Shown: positions 7,477 through 10,757 of the stretch, in pieces
Layout of the letters: each line of letters starts with the position of its first letter
How positions within the stretch are numbered: position 1 is the stretch's first letter
Source of the DNA: an archaeon
GTDB taxonomy: Archaea; Iainarchaeota; Iainarchaeia; Iainarchaeales; Iainarchaeaceae
Assembly (NCBI GenBank): GCA_038046625.1
Contig: JBBSVV010000015.1
Coordinates: 1-10,757 of the forward strand
Reading direction: 5' to 3'
Length of the DNA stretch: 10,757 nt
Made by a program: the position numbers and the translations under genes
The notes under the pieces: model-generated
Database searches by the model: none
Told to the model about the DNA's origin: nothing
Seen by the model: only the letters and a program-made list of their open reading frames with translations

Positions 7477-9168
7477 TCAGTAGTCTACCGTGACGTTCAG
7501 CGTGTCGCGAAGTTCCCTGAGTTCCTTTACAGCTTTCTGGAAATTCTGGCCGTTCCGGTTCCTCAAAATTATTTCGTTGGTGCAGGTGGTTCTGTCGCCG
7601 TACATTCTCGCGTTCATTGATTCCAGGTCGAGGCCGTTTTTCGCGATTATGGCGAGCTGCCTGGACAGGATTCCGGGCCTGTCAACGGAATCCACCCTTA
7701 GCCTTATTCCTGCTTTTGCGGATTTTTTGACGGGCTTGTGTTTCCTGAGTTCCTTTTCAACTAGCCCCTTGGTTTTGCTTGCGTTCGCAAAGAAAAGCCA
7801 GTCAGAATCCAGCTGTGTTGAGTTGCTGTAAAATATTTTTACGCGGTCCCCCGAACTGATTTTTTTCCACAGCGGAACGATTTTTTCGTTGACCTTTGCC
7901 TTTGAGGCGCGTTTCGCGTTTTTTTCGTCGTAAAAGAATGCGAAGTCAAGCACTGTAGAGTCATGCGGCAGGTCAACTATGCCCCCCTCGGGGGTAAATG
8001 CCAGGATGGCGCGGTGGTGAAGCCCCAGGTTAAGGGAGTCGCTCAACTGTTTCGGGTTCCTGATTTCCGGTTCCTTGAGGCTCGAGAACATTTTCGAGTA
8101 TTTGTCCAGGAGCTCTTTTTTCTCCGGCTTCCCGTTCCTCATCAATGCCATTACCCCGTCATCGGCGACTTCATCCATTTCTGCCGAGAAGAAATAGATT
8201 TTGAGCGGTTTTTTTGACGGCCCGAGCACCTGTGTGTGCAGTGACTCGTAAATCCCGTGCTCCGGAATCGCGATGTAGTCCTTCACTTTTCCGGGAATCG
8301 GCTTGAAGAGCGAATGCACCTTTCCCATTGCTGAGTAGCATTCCTCCTTTTTTTCCACGATTATTTTGAGTATGAGCTCGTCGTGGATTTCTTCAAGAGA
8401 CCTGTTTTCAACCTTGATTTTGCTGTAAATCAGGTATGCTGATTTTGCCTTTGTTTCGAACCTCCATTTTTCCCCCGGGAAGGACTTTTTGAGGAGCGCC
8501 ACGGTTTTTTTGATGTCGCGGCTTGTCGCTTTAACTTTTATTCCTATTTTTCTGCATAGTTCCCTGTACTTTTTTGGCTCGAGAGCTTCAAAGCAGAGGT
8601 CCTCCATTTCGTACTTGAGTCCATGTATGCCGAGCTTGTGCGCAAGCGGCACGTAAACGCTCAGCGCGTCGATTGCTATGCGCTTCTGCTTTTCCTTAGG
8701 CAAAAACCTTAATGTGCGCATGTTGTGGAGCTTGTCATAGAGCTTTATGAGCAGGACCCTGGTGTCCTTGGATGCTGCGATAATAGTTTTGAGCGCGTTT
8801 GCCGTGGATTGTTCCTGCCTTGATTTGAACCTCATCATGTCCAGCTTTGTGACTCCGCTGACTAAACCTGTAACCTGCTTCCCGAAGATTTTTTGCATTC
8901 TTGCTTCGGTTACATTGCTGTCCTCAAGCACGTCGTGCAGAAGCGCGGCTGAAATGACGACTTCATCCATTCCTTTTTCCGCGAGGCTTTTTGCGACCGC
9001 AACTGGGTGCGAGAAGTAGGGGTCGCCGGATTTCCTGAACTGGTTTTCGTGGCACTTTTCGGAGAAGCGGAATGCCTCTTCAATCATGTCGAGGTTTGCA
9101 TTTGGGTGGTATTTTCTCGCGAGGCGCCTTATTTCGGCGAGGTCCCGCGTGAAGCCTTCTGAATGCAT
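7477..9168 (-). CDS. Long RelA/SpoT homolog: HD hydrolase + degenerate synthetase + TGS + ACT (563 aa)
   Basis: HENQFRKSGDPYFSHP, AALLHDVLED, KLYDKLHNMRTL, YVPLAHKLGI, KDYIAIP...YESLHT, TGS FTPEG..LP..STVLDFA...AKVN, ACT DRPGIL. TATA-like ATTAAATT at 9198-9191. Confidence 0.93.
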   Translation of the reverse strand: MHSEGFTRDLAEIRRLARKYHPNANLDMIEEAFRFSEKCHENQFRKSGDPYFSHPVAVAKSLAEKGMDEVVISAALLHDVLEDSNVTEARMQKIFGKQVTGLVSGVTKLDMMRFKSRQEQSTANALKTIIAASKDTRVLLIKLYDKLHNMRTLRFLPKEKQKRIAIDALSVYVPLAHKLGIHGLKYEMEDLCFEALEPKKYRELCRKIGIKVKATSRDIKKTVALLKKSFPGEKWRFETKAKSAYLIYSKIKVENRSLEEIHDELILKIIVEKKEECYSAMGKVHSLFKPIPGKVKDYIAIPEHGIYESLHTQVLGPSKKPLKIYFFSAEMDEVADDGVMALMRNGKPEKKELLDKYSKMFSSLKEPEIRNPKQLSDSLNLGLHHRAILAFTPEGGIVDLPHDSTVLDFAFFYDEKNAKRASKAKVNEKIVPLWKKISSGDRVKIFYSNSTQLDSDWLFFANASKTKGLVEKELRKHKPVKKSAKAGIRLRVDSVDRPGILSRQLAIIAKNGLDLESMNARMYGDRTTCTNEIILRNRNGQNFQKAVKELRELRDTLNVTVDY

Positions 9169-9203
9169 TACAATAGTGTGTTTGGAAACTAATTTAATCT
9201 GCT

Positions 9204-10757
9204 CTACATTTCCTGTGTGGCCTGTATATTGAGCAGTTCCATGCCCTTCCTTATGGTTTCCGCAGCAACCTTCACCAGCAGCAGCCTTGATTCACGCCCG
9301 CCTTTTCCCGCTTTAAGCACCGGAACCTCATGGTAAAAGGAGTTGAATGTTGACGCAAGCTCAAGGAGATAGTGCGCTATTTTGTGCGGGCTCATCTGTG
9401 CTTCGGCCTCTGCGGCCTTTTCGGAGTACTTTGAAATAACCGAAAGCAGTTCCTTTTCCTTTTCCTCTTTGAATTCAGGTTTTTTCGGCGCAGCGAATTT
9501 TCCCGCTTTTTTGAGTATGCTTTGCGCCCTTGCATAGCTGTACATCACGAACGGGCCTGTTTCGCCTTCGATGCTTGTCGCCTTGTCCCAATTGAATATT
9601 ATTGTCTTGTTTTTGTCCTGTGAAAGCATGCCAAACTTTATTGCCGCCAATGCAATTGCCTTTGCGGTTTCTGCAACCTTTTTTTGGCTCCAGTCTTCAT
9701 GCCTTTGCCTTGTTTCGGCAAGTGTTTTTTGGAACACTTTTTCGAAGAGCTCGATGTATGTGATTACATTGCCTTCGCGCGAGGCCATTTTCCCTTCCTC
9801 GAGCATCACCAATTCATAAGGGACATGGATTGTTTCGCAGTACTCGCTCTTCCTTTGGTTCAGCAGCTCGAGTGTTTTTATCAGCTGCTGGAAATAGAAT
9901 TTCTGTTCAGAGCCAACCACGTTGTATGAGAGTTCCGCCTTGAGCTTCTGCTTCTTCATTTTTGCGAGCGCAATGTCCTTGCTTGAGTAAAGGGCCGCGC
10001 CGTCGCTTTTCAGCACAAGGAATTTGTCGAGGTTGTATTTCGTGAGGTCAACGAGCAGCGCCCCGTCGTCTTTGACTGCGATGCCTTCCATGTAAAGCCG
10101 GTTCACGATTTTTATTCCTTCTTTTTCAACTTCGCTTTCCAGGATTATGCGGTCGAACTTTATTCCAAGCTCTTTGTAAATGTAATCGAAATACGTGAGG
10201 CTCATTTTCCTGAGTTTTTTCCAGTCCGAAACGAGTTTCTTGTCTCCCTTTTCTAGCTGCACAACCATTTCGCGCATCTTTTCCTCCAACTCGGGGTTGC
10301 CCTTTACTTCCTTTGCCCCCATTGCGTAGAGCTTTCCCAGCCACTTGCCCTGCTCCGCAATGCTTTTCGGCTCCGCGCCTTTCCAGAGGTTCCGGTATGC
10401 GTAAAGCGATTTGCTCGCGTGCGGCCCCACGTCTCCGCAATAATCAACCCTCAGGACTTTTTTGCCCTGCGCCTCAAGGAGCCTTGCAATGGATTCGCCG
10501 AGGCAAATGTTCCTCACGTGCCCGATGTGGAAATCCTTCAAAGGATTTGCCTGGCAATATTCAACGATTATTTTTTTGCCCTTCACGGATTTTTTTCCGG
10601 CTTTGGTTTCGCTAAGGGCTGTCTGCGCGAGCGCGTTTTCTTCGACAAAAAAATTTATGTAAGGGCCCCTAAGTTCGCTTCTCGAGAATGATTTCGGGAG
10701 TTTCAGTTTCGAATTTATTTCCGCCGCAATATCTGCGGGGCTTTTCCTGAATTCCTT
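9204..10757 (-). CDS. argS: Arginyl-tRNA synthetase, 5'-truncated by window
   Basis: FHIGHVRN (HIGH), KSDGAALYSSKD, YNVVGSEQ..YF, KMASREG, GETGPFVMYSYARAQSIL, FNSFYH, terminal Met. The frame stays open upstream of 10586 to the window edge and reads KEFRKSPADIAAEI...GPYINFF, typical of the ArgRS N-domain. Confidence 0.96.
   Translation of the reverse strand, partial: KEFRKSPADIAAEINSKLKLPKSFSRSELRGPYINFFVEENALAQTALSETKAGKKSVKGKKIIVEYCQANPLKDFHIGHVRNICLGESIARLLEAQGKKVLRVDYCGDVGPHASKSLYAYRNLWKGAEPKSIAEQGKWLGKLYAMGAKEVKGNPELEEKMREMVVQLEKGDKKLVSDWKKLRKMSLTYFDYIYKELGIKFDRIILESEVEKEGIKIVNRLYMEGIAVKDDGALLVDLTKYNLDKFLVLKSDGAALYSSKDIALAKMKKQKLKAELSYNVVGSEQKFYFQQLIKTLELLNQRKSEYCETIHVPYELVMLEEGKMASREGNVITYIELFEKVFQKTLAETRQRHEDWSQKKVAETAKAIALAAIKFGMLSQDKNKTIIFNWDKATSIEGETGPFVMYSYARAQSILKKAGKFAAPKKPEFKEEKEKELLSVISKYSEKAAEAEAQMSPHKIAHYLLELASTFNSFYHEVPVLKAGKGGRESRLLLVKVAAETIRKGMELLNIQATQEM

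Noticed and set aside
4778..9168. Bacterial contamination or recent island (leuS + RSH)
   Set aside because: Archaeal-style promoters, an archaeal LeuRS tail, tight junctions, composition similar by eye to alaS/argS, and no mobility genes; ancient transfer is more likely.
10584..10586. GTG start giving an ArgRS without its N-domain
   Set aside because: The frame is open to the window edge and encodes typical N-domain motifs.
2360..10691. Numerous alternative-frame and antisense ORFs inside alaS, leuS, RSH and argS
   Set aside because: Shadows of long, well-supported genes with no independent motifs.

Overview
Archaeal translation-core locus, most likely from a DPANN lineage (Iainarchaeota/Diapherotrites-like; inferred). 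It holds the 3' end of a divergent 23S rRNA with no linked 5S, a hairpin/A-rich repeat spacer, two divergent basic orphan ORFs, an unusual RNase P RNA and a second copy of the repeat. Archaeal-type alaS and a chimeric leuS follow on +, convergent with argS (partial) and a long RelA/SpoT homolog on -. The RSH keeps its HD hydrolase but has lost synthetase residues and the tRNA-sensing TGS His. The 23S has several substitutions at near-invariant peptidyl-transferase positions. The RNase P RNA is type-M-like with a ~120-nt branched P19. One hairpin element follows both stable RNA genes. All alignments and folds were done by eye.
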